Assembly (NCBI GenBank): GCA_963756665.1
Contig: CAVWOJ010000001.1
Coordinates: 2,875,331 to 2,939,330, forward strand
Reading direction: 5' to 3'
Length of the DNA stretch: 64,000 nucleotides
Source: an uncultured Solirubrobacterales bacterium
GTDB taxonomy: Bacteria > Actinomycetota > Thermoleophilia > Solirubrobacterales > Solirubrobacteraceae
Part shown: piece after piece, positions 1 to 8,939 of the stretch
Numbering within the stretch: the first letter of the stretch is position 1
Layout of the letters: each line of letters opens with the position of its first letter
The notes under the pieces: generated by a model
What the model was told of the DNA's origin: nothing
The model's input: the letters and a program-made list of their open reading frames with translations, nothing else
The model's database searches: none
Made by a program: the position numbers and the translations under genes

Positions 1-2
1 AC

Positions 3-413
3 GTCGACGCGGAGCATCACCAAGCCGACCTGGAAGGACTCAACGAGGCATCGGGCGCGCTCTTCAAGATTCGCGACGACCCGCGCACCACCCCGGTGGG
101 TAGGCTGCTGCGGCGCTTCTCGCTGGATGAGCTGCCGCAGCTCGTCAACGTGCTGCGGGGCGAGATGTCGCTAGTAGGGCCGCGTCCCCTACCCGAACGG
201 GACTTCGAGCAACTGGACGAGTGGCACCGCAAGCGCTATCTGGTGCTGCCGGGGATCACCGGCCTATGGCAGGTCTCGGGTCGCTCGGAGCTCGACTTCG
301 ACGACCTGGTGCACCTCGACTTCATCTACCTCGAGCACTGGTCGCTAGCGCTGGACCTCACGATTCTCCTGAAGACTGTGCCCGCGGTGCTCTCGCGCCG
401 AGGCGCATACTGA
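3..413 (+). CDS. Priming polyprenyl-phosphate glycosyl-phosphotransferase (sugar transferase), 5' part outside window
   Basis: Frame open from base 3: ...LFKIRDDPRTTPVGRLLRRFSLDELPQLVNVLRGEMSLVGPRP...PGITGLWQVSGRS...D..Y...WSL.LDL.IL, the Bac_transf signature. Confidence 0.93.
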   Translation, partial: VDAEHHQADLEGLNEASGALFKIRDDPRTTPVGRLLRRFSLDELPQLVNVLRGEMSLVGPRPLPERDFEQLDEWHRKRYLVLPGITGLWQVSGRSELDFDDLVHLDFIYLEHWSLALDLTILLKTVPAVLSRRGAY

Positions 414-924
414 AGCCACTCACGCACGGGCGTTCCGGTCGCGCGAGGGCCTCGGCGTAGACGCGCCAGGTCGCGCGGCCGACGTCATGCCAGGTCCACC
501 CCGTCGTCGCCGGCGCAGCGATCGCCGGGTCGGGTGCCTGTGGGATCACGATCACACGCTCCCGCTCGAGTGCGAGCTCCGCGACGGCTTCGCTGGCCGT
601 GGCCTCAGACGGGACGATCACGTGCGTCGCGCGCTGGAGTGCGAGGTGGCGCAGGCGCGCGTGTACGCCGCCGCCGCGCAGCCGCTCGCTGCGGCGGGTG
701 AGCGCGGCGAGGTCGTGGAGGGTGACCACCATCGGGCAGGGACTGTGCAACATCGCGCCCTCCATCCAGGGGGCGTGGAAGACCTCTGCGCTCCGCGGCC
801 GGTGGGTCTCGAGAATCTCGTCGCGCTCTCCGGCGGTATCGCGCAGTGCCCGTAACAGACAGCGCGAGTAGTGCCCGATGCCGCGCATGTCCGCGCCGGG
901 ACGGCTGTCGAAGGCGACCCTCAC
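358..924 (-). CDS. Short GT4-like protein (N-terminal GT-B domain only)
   Basis: GIGHYSRCL, VVTLHDL and VIVPSEATA motifs, then directly the terminal WTWHDVGRATWRVY helix; the C-terminal nucleotide-sugar domain is absent. Confidence 0.65.
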   Translation of the reverse strand: MRVAFDSRPGADMRGIGHYSRCLLRALRDTAGERDEILETHRPRSAEVFHAPWMEGAMLHSPCPMVVTLHDLAALTRRSERLRGGGVHARLRHLALQRATHVIVPSEATASEAVAELALERERVIVIPQAPDPAIAAPATTGWTWHDVGRATWRVYAEALARPERPCVSGFSMRLGARAPRAQSSGES

Positions 925-1026
925 AGGCGGTATCGGCCCTTCACGTCACTCCCCGAGACGTGCACGGGCGCCACGTTAGTGGGTTTGGGGTGGTGGCGGT
1001 AGAGATGACAGCGTAGTTTCCGGAGG

Positions 1027-1653
1027 ATGTCTGCGCGCGATTACCACGAGGCCCTCTGGGAGGGCGTGCCTGCGGGCCTGGAGCCGCCGTATATGACGCC
1101 GCGTCTGGCCTACCTGCTTGCGCACGTGCCTGCCGGTGCGCGGGTGCTGGACGTGGGCTGCGGCGAGGGGCGCTTCACGACCGAGCTAACGCGGGCGGGG
1201 CGGAGGGCGGTGGGGATCGACGTGGCCGAGGAGCCGTTGCGGCGCGCCCGCCTCCGCGCCCCGGGCATCGACGTGCAGCTCGTCCCGGCACACGGGCCCT
1301 GGCCGCTGGAGGACGTGAGCTTTGACGCGCTGTGGGCCGGCGAGGTGATCGAGCACGTGGCGGACACCGCGGGTTGGCTCTCGGAAGTGCGCCGCGTGCT
1401 GCGCTCGGGGGGCGTCCTCGTGCTGAGCACTCCCGCCCACGAGCGTCTCGCGCGGCTTGCGCTCGGTTTTCGCAGGCGGGCGTTCGAGGCGCACTTCGAC
1501 CCGCGCGGCGATCACCTGCGCTTCTACACTCGCCGCGCGCTCGTCACGCTGCTCGAGGACTTCGGTTTCGAGGCGATCGCGACGCGAGGGATCGGTGGCG
1601 CGCGCGGCGCGCGGCGCGTGCTGCTGGCGAGCGCACGGCGCGCTCGCTTCTGA
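1027..1653 (+). CDS. Class I SAM-dependent methyltransferase
   Basis: VLDVGCGEG, EVIEHV and VLRSGG motifs; TAGTTT 7 nt upstream of the ATG. Confidence 0.9.
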   Translation: MSARDYHEALWEGVPAGLEPPYMTPRLAYLLAHVPAGARVLDVGCGEGRFTTELTRAGRRAVGIDVAEEPLRRARLRAPGIDVQLVPAHGPWPLEDVSFDALWAGEVIEHVADTAGWLSEVRRVLRSGGVLVLSTPAHERLARLALGFRRRAFEAHFDPRGDHLRFYTRRALVTLLEDFGFEAIATRGIGGARGARRVLLASARRARF

Positions 1654-3994
1654 GGCGGGCCGCGGCGCGCGCTCCCAGCGCCGCCGCGGTGGACCGCGAA
1701 GCCTTCCCGCCGGAGGGCGCCGTGCCCCCGTTTGCAGCGGTCTCGCGTAACGCCTGCAAGTAGTCGTTTTGGAGGGTGAGCAGTTCCTCGTTGATGGTCG
1801 CGCGGGGGGCGATCGCCTCGGGGTTGAGGTAGACGGCGGCCCGCAACGCGTTCAGCGCGCTCCGCGGGTCGCCGGCGCGCAGCTCGTATTCGCCCAACGC
1901 CTCCCAGGTCTGCCAATTGGAAGGCTGCAGATGCACGGCCTGCTCGTAGGTGACGCTCGCGGCGGCGCTCTGGCCGGCGCCCTGCTGGACCGCGGCGAGC
2001 GTGATCAGCGCTTCGGCGGAGAGTGGGTCGCGGCTGACCGCTGCGTGCGCCGCTGCCAGCGCTCCCGCGGGATCGCTTTTGATGAGCGCGAAGGCCTGGT
2101 TGGAGGCGTCCGTCGAGCGCTGTGGCTGCCACTCCGCCCAGGCGGCCAGCAGCGCCGCGATCACGACCGCGACAGCGATCCCCACCGATTTGGGATCGAG
2201 CGGCAACACACCCCCCAAACGGGCGGTGGGCGTACGGGCTCGATCTGAGTCTCCCGGCTGCTTCTCGGTGCTCGGCTCTGGAGTCTCGACCGCGTGGCTG
2301 CCGGCGGGGGCTCCGGCCGCCGCCAGGCTGTCCGGGAGCGGTCCGCGGCCGGCGACCCAGCCGGCGCACAGCAGGGCTATGCATGCCAGACCCGGCACGT
2401 ACCAAGTCCAGTCCACGAATGAGTGGATGCCGAAGGTCGCGACCAGGCACACCATCGTGAGCAGCCCGATGCGCTCCGGGGTGTAGAGGGCGGGCGGGCC
2501 GGTCTGCCTGCGCCAGCGCCACGCGCTCCAGCGCCGGTTAAACGGGTGGGTCGCCCGCCCGGCCGCGAGCAGCCAGCTGACGAGCAGCGCGAGCACGAGC
2601 AGGAGACCGACGAGGCCGAGATCGGCGAGTGTCTGCACGGCAAAGCCGTGAGCCTGCTGGACTTTGAGTGGCGCCGTGCGATAGCGCAGGCGGGCCGTCG
2701 CGTAGCCTTCGGCGCCCGCGCCAAGCGCCGGGTGGGCTTTGAACACCTCGAGCGCCTCGTTCCAGTAGCGCGCCCGCGCGCTGCCGATCGCGGTCAGGCG
2801 TCCGGGGCCATTGGCGGGAACCGCGGCGTTTGGGTTGGTCAGTGAGCTGAGCCCGTGCGAGACGCTGCCAAACAGCCCGCGGTGACTTGTGGCGAGCGCG
2901 CCGGCAAGCGCGATCACGGCGATCACGGGCAGGCTCAGCAGCAGCGCGCCGGCGCGCCGACGCGCCGTGCGCGTGGGCGCGTGGCGCCCGTTGAGGAAGC
3001 CGATGGCGAGACCGGCGAGCGTCAACGCGAGCACCATCGCGGCGAGCAGCACGCCGAGCTGATGACCGGCGTCGATGCGCGCCGCAAGCGTGGCGCTGTC
3101 AGTGGTGAGGGTTCCCCGGGAGAAGTCCCAGGCGACGACCACGCCGGCTCCCAGCCCCCCGACGACCAGCACCGCGGCGCCGCGCAGGCGCAGCGGGATG
3201 AGACCTAGCCAGAGCGCGACCCCGAGGACCAGCGCGGCCAGTGCCCCGCGCGAGTAGGCCAGCATCAGGGTGACCAGCATGATCCCCATCGCCGGGTAGG
3301 CCAGGGCGCTCAGCAGCGCATGCCCGGCGCGGCGCGCGCCCAGCCACATGCAGCCGATCGCGCCCAGCGCGGCGGCCAGGCCGATCGCGTTCCAGTAGCC
3401 GTAGGGTTCGCGTAGGCGTGCGTAGTAGACGACCTGTTCGCTGCCGAGTCGGTTGGGGAAGACCTTGGTAAGCAGCGCGTAGCCGCATACCACTGCGCTT
3501 GCGAGCAGCACCCCGCCGAGCACGGCCGGCCAACGTTGCGGCGCGGCCCGTACGAGCAGCACGGTCAGACCGAACACGCTGCTGTAGGCAAACAGGCGCG
3601 AGGCGGCCTGCCAGCTCGCGTCGGGCTGCACCGACCACAGGACCGAGAGCGCGGAGAGCGCGGCGAAGGCAAGCAGCAGGCCCGCCGGCCATAGGCCGTA
3701 GGTTGGCCGGCCGGCCGGTGTGAGTAGGACAGCTGCGCCGATGGCGAGACCGCAGCCGACCGTCAAGCCGATCTCGACGGAGGTCATCGTGCCCAGGTTC
3801 AGGCCGCCGCTGGCGATGAATGTCACGACGCCCAGGACGCTCGCGACCAGCAGCGTCGGCCAGGCGAGCGCGGCGAGCGGCAGGCGATCGCTCGATCGAG
3901 CGATCGCAGGCCCCGGGCGCGGCGCCTGCGCGCCCGCGGGCGCCGGATCGGGGGATCCGGCGGACTTTGCGGGCGCAGCGAGCAGGGTGGACAT
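1544..3994 (-). CDS. O-antigen ligase (Wzy_C) family membrane protein with C-terminal TPR
   Basis: Many TM helices, RL..PYGYWNA, YSRGAL, P.LGAG, AHGFAVQTLADLGLVG and IHSFVDWTW motifs, TPR-like C-terminus; 3' end overlaps the convergent methyltransferase. Confidence 0.85.
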   Translation of the reverse strand: MSTLLAAPAKSAGSPDPAPAGAQAPRPGPAIARSSDRLPLAALAWPTLLVASVLGVVTFIASGGLNLGTMTSVEIGLTVGCGLAIGAAVLLTPAGRPTYGLWPAGLLLAFAALSALSVLWSVQPDASWQAASRLFAYSSVFGLTVLLVRAAPQRWPAVLGGVLLASAVVCGYALLTKVFPNRLGSEQVVYYARLREPYGYWNAIGLAAALGAIGCMWLGARRAGHALLSALAYPAMGIMLVTLMLAYSRGALAALVLGVALWLGLIPLRLRGAAVLVVGGLGAGVVVAWDFSRGTLTTDSATLAARIDAGHQLGVLLAAMVLALTLAGLAIGFLNGRHAPTRTARRRAGALLLSLPVIAVIALAGALATSHRGLFGSVSHGLSSLTNPNAAVPANGPGRLTAIGSARARYWNEALEVFKAHPALGAGAEGYATARLRYRTAPLKVQQAHGFAVQTLADLGLVGLLLVLALLVSWLLAAGRATHPFNRRWSAWRWRRQTGPPALYTPERIGLLTMVCLVATFGIHSFVDWTWYVPGLACIALLCAGWVAGRGPLPDSLAAAGAPAGSHAVETPEPSTEKQPGDSDRARTPTARLGGVLPLDPKSVGIAVAVVIAALLAAWAEWQPQRSTDASNQAFALIKSDPAGALAAAHAAVSRDPLSAEALITLAAVQQGAGQSAAASVTYEQAVHLQPSNWQTWEALGEYELRAGDPRSALNALRAAVYLNPEAIAPRATINEELLTLQNDYLQALRETAANGGTAPSGGKASRSTAAALGARAAARLRSERAVRSPAARAARRARHRSLASRSPRNRSPRAA

Positions 3995-3995
3995 C

Positions 3996-4565
3996 TCAGG
4001 CGTCGTCGCGGTGACCGGGGGTGCGGGTGCGGGTGCGGATGGCTCGACCCAGGATCAGCAGGGCGCAGGCGAGCAGGAAGGCGAGCAGCGCGAGCAGCGG
4101 TGTCGGCAGCGAGCTAAGGGCAGAGGCGATGTCGACGTGGACGACCCCCGGATGGATCACTTCCCCGCCGACCTTGACCGGCGCGGCGCCGGTGTGGGAG
4201 ATGCGTTCCAGGGCGTGCTGTTCGGTCGGTGTCGGGGGCGCGACGGCGGTCGAACCGCCTCCGCTAGTGCCGCCCGGACCGCCCGCGTCGCCGTGACCGC
4301 CGGCGGCGGCGGCGAGCTGCGCTTTGTGGATCAGGTCCGAGCAGTCGCTGTACTCCGAGAGTTCGGGCGGCATCTGCTTGAGCGCCTGGTTGTACGCCTG
4401 CTGGCTGTAGCCGCTTGGGATCTTGCCTTCGCCGCAGGCTTCGAGGATGTTCTTCGTGCTGCTGGCGCTCGCGGGTGCGGCGGCGCCCAGCACGAGCACG
4501 AGCGCGGCAAGCAGCGCGGCCGTCGGCCTGGCTATGAAGCTCCCGGGCTTGGGCAAGTGAGGCAC
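3996..4565 (-). CDS. Small secreted, C-terminally membrane-anchored protein
   Basis: Signal peptide (ALLAALVLVLGAAAPASA), two-Cys helical domain, Gly/Ser/Thr linker, TM helix and basic tail; GTG start at 4565 inferred. Confidence 0.7.
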   Translation of the reverse strand: MPHLPKPGSFIARPTAALLAALVLVLGAAAPASASSTKNILEACGEGKIPSGYSQQAYNQALKQMPPELSEYSDCSDLIHKAQLAAAAGGHGDAGGPGGTSGGGSTAVAPPTPTEQHALERISHTGAAPVKVGGEVIHPGVVHVDIASALSSLPTPLLALLAFLLACALLILGRAIRTRTRTPGHRDDA

Positions 4566-4566
4566 G

Positions 4567-5700
4567 CTACCAGCGCCCCTCCCTGGAAAGATTGAGGCTC
4601 TCGAGCGCAGCGGAGAAGCCCTGGGCCCAGGCGTCGTGGGTGTAGGCCTGCACGTCGCGCGCTGCGGCGGCCCCGAGGCGGGTGCGCAGGGGCTCGTCGC
4701 CGGCGAGCCGTCGCAGCGCGCCGGCGAGCGCGCGAGGGTCGCCGGCGGGCACAATCAGGCCGTTGCGCCCATCGCGCACCAGGCCACCGGCGGCAGCGCC
4801 GACTGCGTCGCTAGCGATCACGGGCAGATGCCGGTTCATGGCCTCGTTGACCACCAACCCCCAGGGCTCGCGGAAGGTGCGGGTAGCGATCGAGGGTACG
4901 AGTAGGACGTCGGCGGCCGCGTACAACTCGCGCAGCCGCGGCGGCGCTACGGGCTCCAGCCAGACTGAATTCCGCCGCACCGCGCCGCCGGCGGGGACCC
5001 AAGGGGGGGCGGATCCCGCGCCGACGAGGACGAGCGCGGCGGAGGGCGCCGCAAGGCCCGAATCGCTCCAAGCCTCAATAAGCACCCCGAGACCCTTTTC
5101 CCGCGTGGGCCGTCCGGCAAACAGGAACTTCACCTCAGTCTCCGCGGGCCACGGCGGGGTGGGGGGGAGGGAGTCGCGCCCGCTCTCCCCGCTCCAGAAA
5201 GCGTTGTCGACGGACTGTGGGGCGACGTGCACGTTGCGCGCGCCGCGCGCCCGGACGTAGGCGCTGACATGCGGACCGTAGGTGACGACGGCGTCCGCGG
5301 AGCGATAGAGACGTTGCAGCGCCGGATAGCTGAAGAGGTGGGCCGTGCTAAGGGGGTGCGCCCACAGCGAGGTCCACAGGATCAGCGGCAGCCGGGCCCG
5401 CCGCGCGCCGGCCCAGGCCGCGGGCAGGGCGAGACGCCCGCCGGTCGAGCACACGACCGCGCGGTAGCGTCCGGAGGCGGCCAACGCCCCGATCTGGCGC
5501 TGGCTCAGCCGGCGGTGGGGAACGGGGAGCTCCGCGTCCGCGCGATCGTCCGCAGCGTGAAAGCCGTGCTGGGAGCGCCCTCCGAACAGCGCGAGCTCGA
5601 CGCCCTCACGCTGGTGCAGGCGGGCGAAGGCGCCGACGCGGTCGAGGGGGGCGTGTCCGGTGACGAACAGCACGGGCCTGTCCGTGCGCGAGGCGCTCAT
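4567..5700 (-). CDS. Glycosyltransferase family 4
   Basis: FAGRPTREKG and EPWGLVVNEAM motifs; ATG at 5700 (MSASRTDRPVLFVTGH). Confidence 0.9.
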   Translation of the reverse strand: MSASRTDRPVLFVTGHAPLDRVGAFARLHQREGVELALFGGRSQHGFHAADDRADAELPVPHRRLSQRQIGALAASGRYRAVVCSTGGRLALPAAWAGARRARLPLILWTSLWAHPLSTAHLFSYPALQRLYRSADAVVTYGPHVSAYVRARGARNVHVAPQSVDNAFWSGESGRDSLPPTPPWPAETEVKFLFAGRPTREKGLGVLIEAWSDSGLAAPSAALVLVGAGSAPPWVPAGGAVRRNSVWLEPVAPPRLRELYAAADVLLVPSIATRTFREPWGLVVNEAMNRHLPVIASDAVGAAAGGLVRDGRNGLIVPAGDPRALAGALRRLAGDEPLRTRLGAAAARDVQAYTHDAWAQGFSAALESLNLSREGRW

Positions 5701-5755
5701 CGACGCGGGCGGCGGCCCTCGCAGCGAAGGGGCGCCGTCGGGGCTGGGCGGTGAT

Positions 5756-6934
5756 TCATCGCAAGGCCTGTTCGTAGGCGGCGGCGGTCTGTGCGCCGCA
5801 GCGCTCCCAGGTGAAGCTCTCGGCGACGGTGACGCGTGCGCGGCGGCCGGCCTCGCGCAGTCGGAGGGGATCGGAGAGCAGCTCGTCGATGCGCTGGGTG
5901 AGGCGCTCGATATCGCCGGGCGGCACAAGCACAAAGCCGTCGCCGGCGGCGGCGATCTCCTCGGGCCCGGGCTCCCCGCGGCAGCCGATGGCGGGCAGGC
6001 CGCCGGCCATGGCCTCGATGTAGGCGACGCCGAAGGCCTCCTCAGTGGAGGGCATCGCGAACAGCGTGCAGCGCTGCGCCCGGTCGAGCGCTGCGGCGGG
6101 GTGCAGCTGCCCGCAGAACTCGACGCGCTCGGCGACCCCAAGGCGCGCGGCGAGCCCCTCCAGCGCGACCCGCTCGGGCCCGTCCCCGACGATGACGTAG
6201 CGCAGCGCCGGGTGGCGGGTGGAGAGCACCGCGAGCGCGCGCAGCACATCGGCATGGCGCTTGCGCGCGACGAGGTGTCCGACGGTGACGATTGACGGTG
6301 GGCCCGACCGCGCGGGGGCGGAGCTGGGCGGATCGGCGCCGAGGTGCACGACCTGCACCTCGCGGGCGCCGTGGGTGCGGGCGAGCCCGGCGATGCCACG
6401 GCTGTTGGCGAGCACCAGGTGGGCCGCGCCCAGGCCGCGCGCGACTGCCTCGCGACCGCCGGGCTGGCGGGGAGCGGTGTAGAGAACGTCGCCGCCGTGC
6501 ACCGAGACCACGAGCGGCACACCAATGCGGGCGCGGCGCACCGCGTCGCCGGCGGGGACGGCATTGTGGGCGTGGATCACCTCGAAGCCGGTACGGCGGC
6601 GCAGCTGGCGCAGCGCGAGCGCGAGCGCGGGCGCGGCCCAGGCTCCCCAGGAGGCGTACGAGCGCTCGCGAGGCGGGGAGAGGTAGGGAACGTAGGTGAC
6701 GGGCAAGCCGTCATGGGACTGGTGCAAAGGCTCTCGCAGCAGTCCCCCGAGCGCGCGCGCGGCCCCCGTGGGCCCAGCGGCCAGCGCGGTGCGGGGCGGG
6801 ACGAGGCGGTGCAGGACGAGCACGTGGACCTCGACACCGGCCGCGCGGGCGGCCAGCGCCTGACGGTGGGCCCAGACACCGAGCACGGGGTCTCCGCGAC
6901 GGGGGTAGAACTCGGCTACGACTGCGACCTTCAC
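5756..6934 (-). CDS. Glycosyltransferase family 4 (TuaC-like)
   Basis: SVHGGDV, VGHLVARKRH and EAFGVAYIEAMAGG motifs. Confidence 0.9.
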   Translation of the reverse strand: MKVAVVAEFYPRRGDPVLGVWAHRQALAARAAGVEVHVLVLHRLVPPRTALAAGPTGAARALGGLLREPLHQSHDGLPVTYVPYLSPPRERSYASWGAWAAPALALALRQLRRRTGFEVIHAHNAVPAGDAVRRARIGVPLVVSVHGGDVLYTAPRQPGGREAVARGLGAAHLVLANSRGIAGLARTHGAREVQVVHLGADPPSSAPARSGPPSIVTVGHLVARKRHADVLRALAVLSTRHPALRYVIVGDGPERVALEGLAARLGVAERVEFCGQLHPAAALDRAQRCTLFAMPSTEEAFGVAYIEAMAGGLPAIGCRGEPGPEEIAAAGDGFVLVPPGDIERLTQRIDELLSDPLRLREAGRRARVTVAESFTWERCGAQTAAAYEQALR

Positions 6935-8906
6935 CAGCGGCGATGGGTTCGGAGGGTGAGCTGGGCTTCGCGGGCATTGACATACGGGCGCTCGGCGAGG
7001 AAGGCGCGGGCCTCGGCGACCGCCGCCTCGCGCGAGTAGGCCTCGGCGGCGGGGGCGGTGGAGTGCGCGATCGCGACGGCGTCGAGCACCCCGCAGTGCC
7101 AGCCGCGCTCGCGAGCGAGTGCGGCCCAGTGCAGGTCCAGTCCCCAGCCCATACGCAGCGCGCTTGGGAAGGGCAGCAGGGAGGAGAAGGTGGAGCGGGC
7201 GAACGCGGTCACCGGGCCGATCTCCACGAACGGGGTCTCGCGGGCTACCACCCCCGCGGTGCGGCGCGTGACGCGCCAGGCAGCGTGCGAGTACGCGCGA
7301 TGTGCGGGCTGAGCGAGATCGAAGCCAAAGCGCTCGGCGAGGAACAGCAGGTGGTCGAGGAACCCACGGGGGAGCACGACGTCGTCGTCGACCACGAGCA
7401 GCCAGTCGTGATCCAGCGGAAGCTGGCTCGCGGCCTCGTGGTTGGCAAGCAGGCGGTTGAGGTTCTCGAACTTGCCGGCATCTCCCGGTGGGATGAAGCG
7501 CAGCTCGACGTCGTGGCGGGAGCGCTCCAGCTCGGCTTGGATCGCGGCCGTCATGGCGCTGTGCTCGGGGCGCGCGATGCCCAGCACTAGCACTCGCCGG
7601 CGTGGGGGCTGCCGGCGAGCGGCTCGGTCCAGGCGCAGGCGCCGCGTGCTGAGCAGCTCGCGGGCGTCGAGGAGCTGGTCGCGAAGCTGGCGGCGCACAG
7701 CGTCGAGGCCGCCGACGGTGCCGCTTTCGCCGGAGAGAAAGTCATCGCTCACGACACCGATCGTGGTGGGGGAGGTGCCGGATTGCTGGACGGGCCGGGG
7801 CTGTCCACGCGCCCTCCGTTCGCGCAGCGCCTGTTCGAGGCGCCCAAGGCTATGGGCAACCATGGTCAGACCGCTGGGACAGCGGCGGCGCACCACGTGT
7901 CCTACACACCCTACGAGCGTGCGCAGCTCGCGCGGAATGCTTGGGAGGCCCTCGCCTGCCGGCGTTGGAAGGCCCTCGTCCGCCACCGTTGGGAGGCCCT
8001 CGTCCGCCGCCGTTGGAAGGCCCTCGCCTGCCGCCGTTGGGAGGCCCTCGCCTGCCGCCGCGCGCCAGGCGTCGAAGCGGCGGGCGGCGCGGCCACGGGC
8101 GCGGGCGGCGCGAGCGAGCGCACGCAGGCGGGCGTCAGTGGGGGCGCGGCGGTGGTCGAGGGCGGCGTCGGCGACGTACAACAAGCGCCTGTCGCCACAC
8201 GTGGCGGTCAGGCGGTCCTGCCACTCCTGCTCGTCGCCGGCGTGCTCCAAGGTGACGTCGAAGGGGCCGACGTGTTCGAGAGCGGAGCGGCGCACAGTCA
8301 TGTTGGCCCCCCAGGCGTAGCGGACGCGGTCGGTGTCGTGGGGGCCGAGGTCGAGCGCGGTGATGGGGGGCCCCTCGCGCCCGCAGGAGTGTCGGGCCCA
8401 CCCACCCTGGCCTTCGAGGCGGGGGCGGATGGGACCCGTGAACACCTGCGTGCGCGGGTGCTCGCGGGCGGCGCGGAGCAGCGCGTCGAGCCACCCGGGG
8501 CGGACCTCGACGTCGTCGTCGACGAACACGACGAGCTGGCTGTGCGAGCGGGCGACGCCGGTGTTGCGGGCGACGTTCAGTCCGAGCGGGTGTGGGTGGG
8601 GCTCGTAGCGAGCGCCGTAGCGCTCGGCGAGGGCACGGATGGCGGGAGAGGGTCCGGCGTCGTCGACGACCAGTACCTCGACGGCCCTCGCGGTGGCCTG
8701 GGGCGCGATCGAGGCGAGCGCGATCTCGAGGTAGTGAGGTCGGGCGCGTGTCGGGATGACGATCGAAGCGGGTATGGAGGCTGGGATGGAGGTGATGGCG
8801 GTCCGGGCGGTCGATGCGCTGGAGATGGCAGTCGTGGCGGAGAGGATGACGGCTTCGGCGTAAGGCAGACGGATGGTCGAGCCGCGAATACTCGCCGGGA
8901 GAGCAT
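6931..8906 (-). CDS. Two-domain GT-A protein (GT2 plus DUF707-like); probable frameshift near 8771
   Basis: SIVIPTR...VLVVDD...GLNVARN...FVDDD GT2 domain is in frame up to ~8770 but has no canonical start there; second domain VVDDDV...AQPAH...FVEIGPV...GWGLD. Confidence 0.75.
7941..8060. repeat. 5 x 24-bp tandem repeat encoding a (G/D)EGLPTxA linker
   Basis: Five copies of ttggRaggccctcgYcYgccRScg, in frame inside the GT2 gene. Confidence 0.92.
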
Positions 8907-8939
8907 CCGCGCAGTGAACATTCTAGGTTTGAGCAGGGG

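Noticed and set aside
7941-8060. Tandem repeats here and at 22808 and 28770 as CRISPR arrays
   Set aside because: The units are contiguous with no unique spacers, two of the arrays are in-frame coding, and no cas genes are present.
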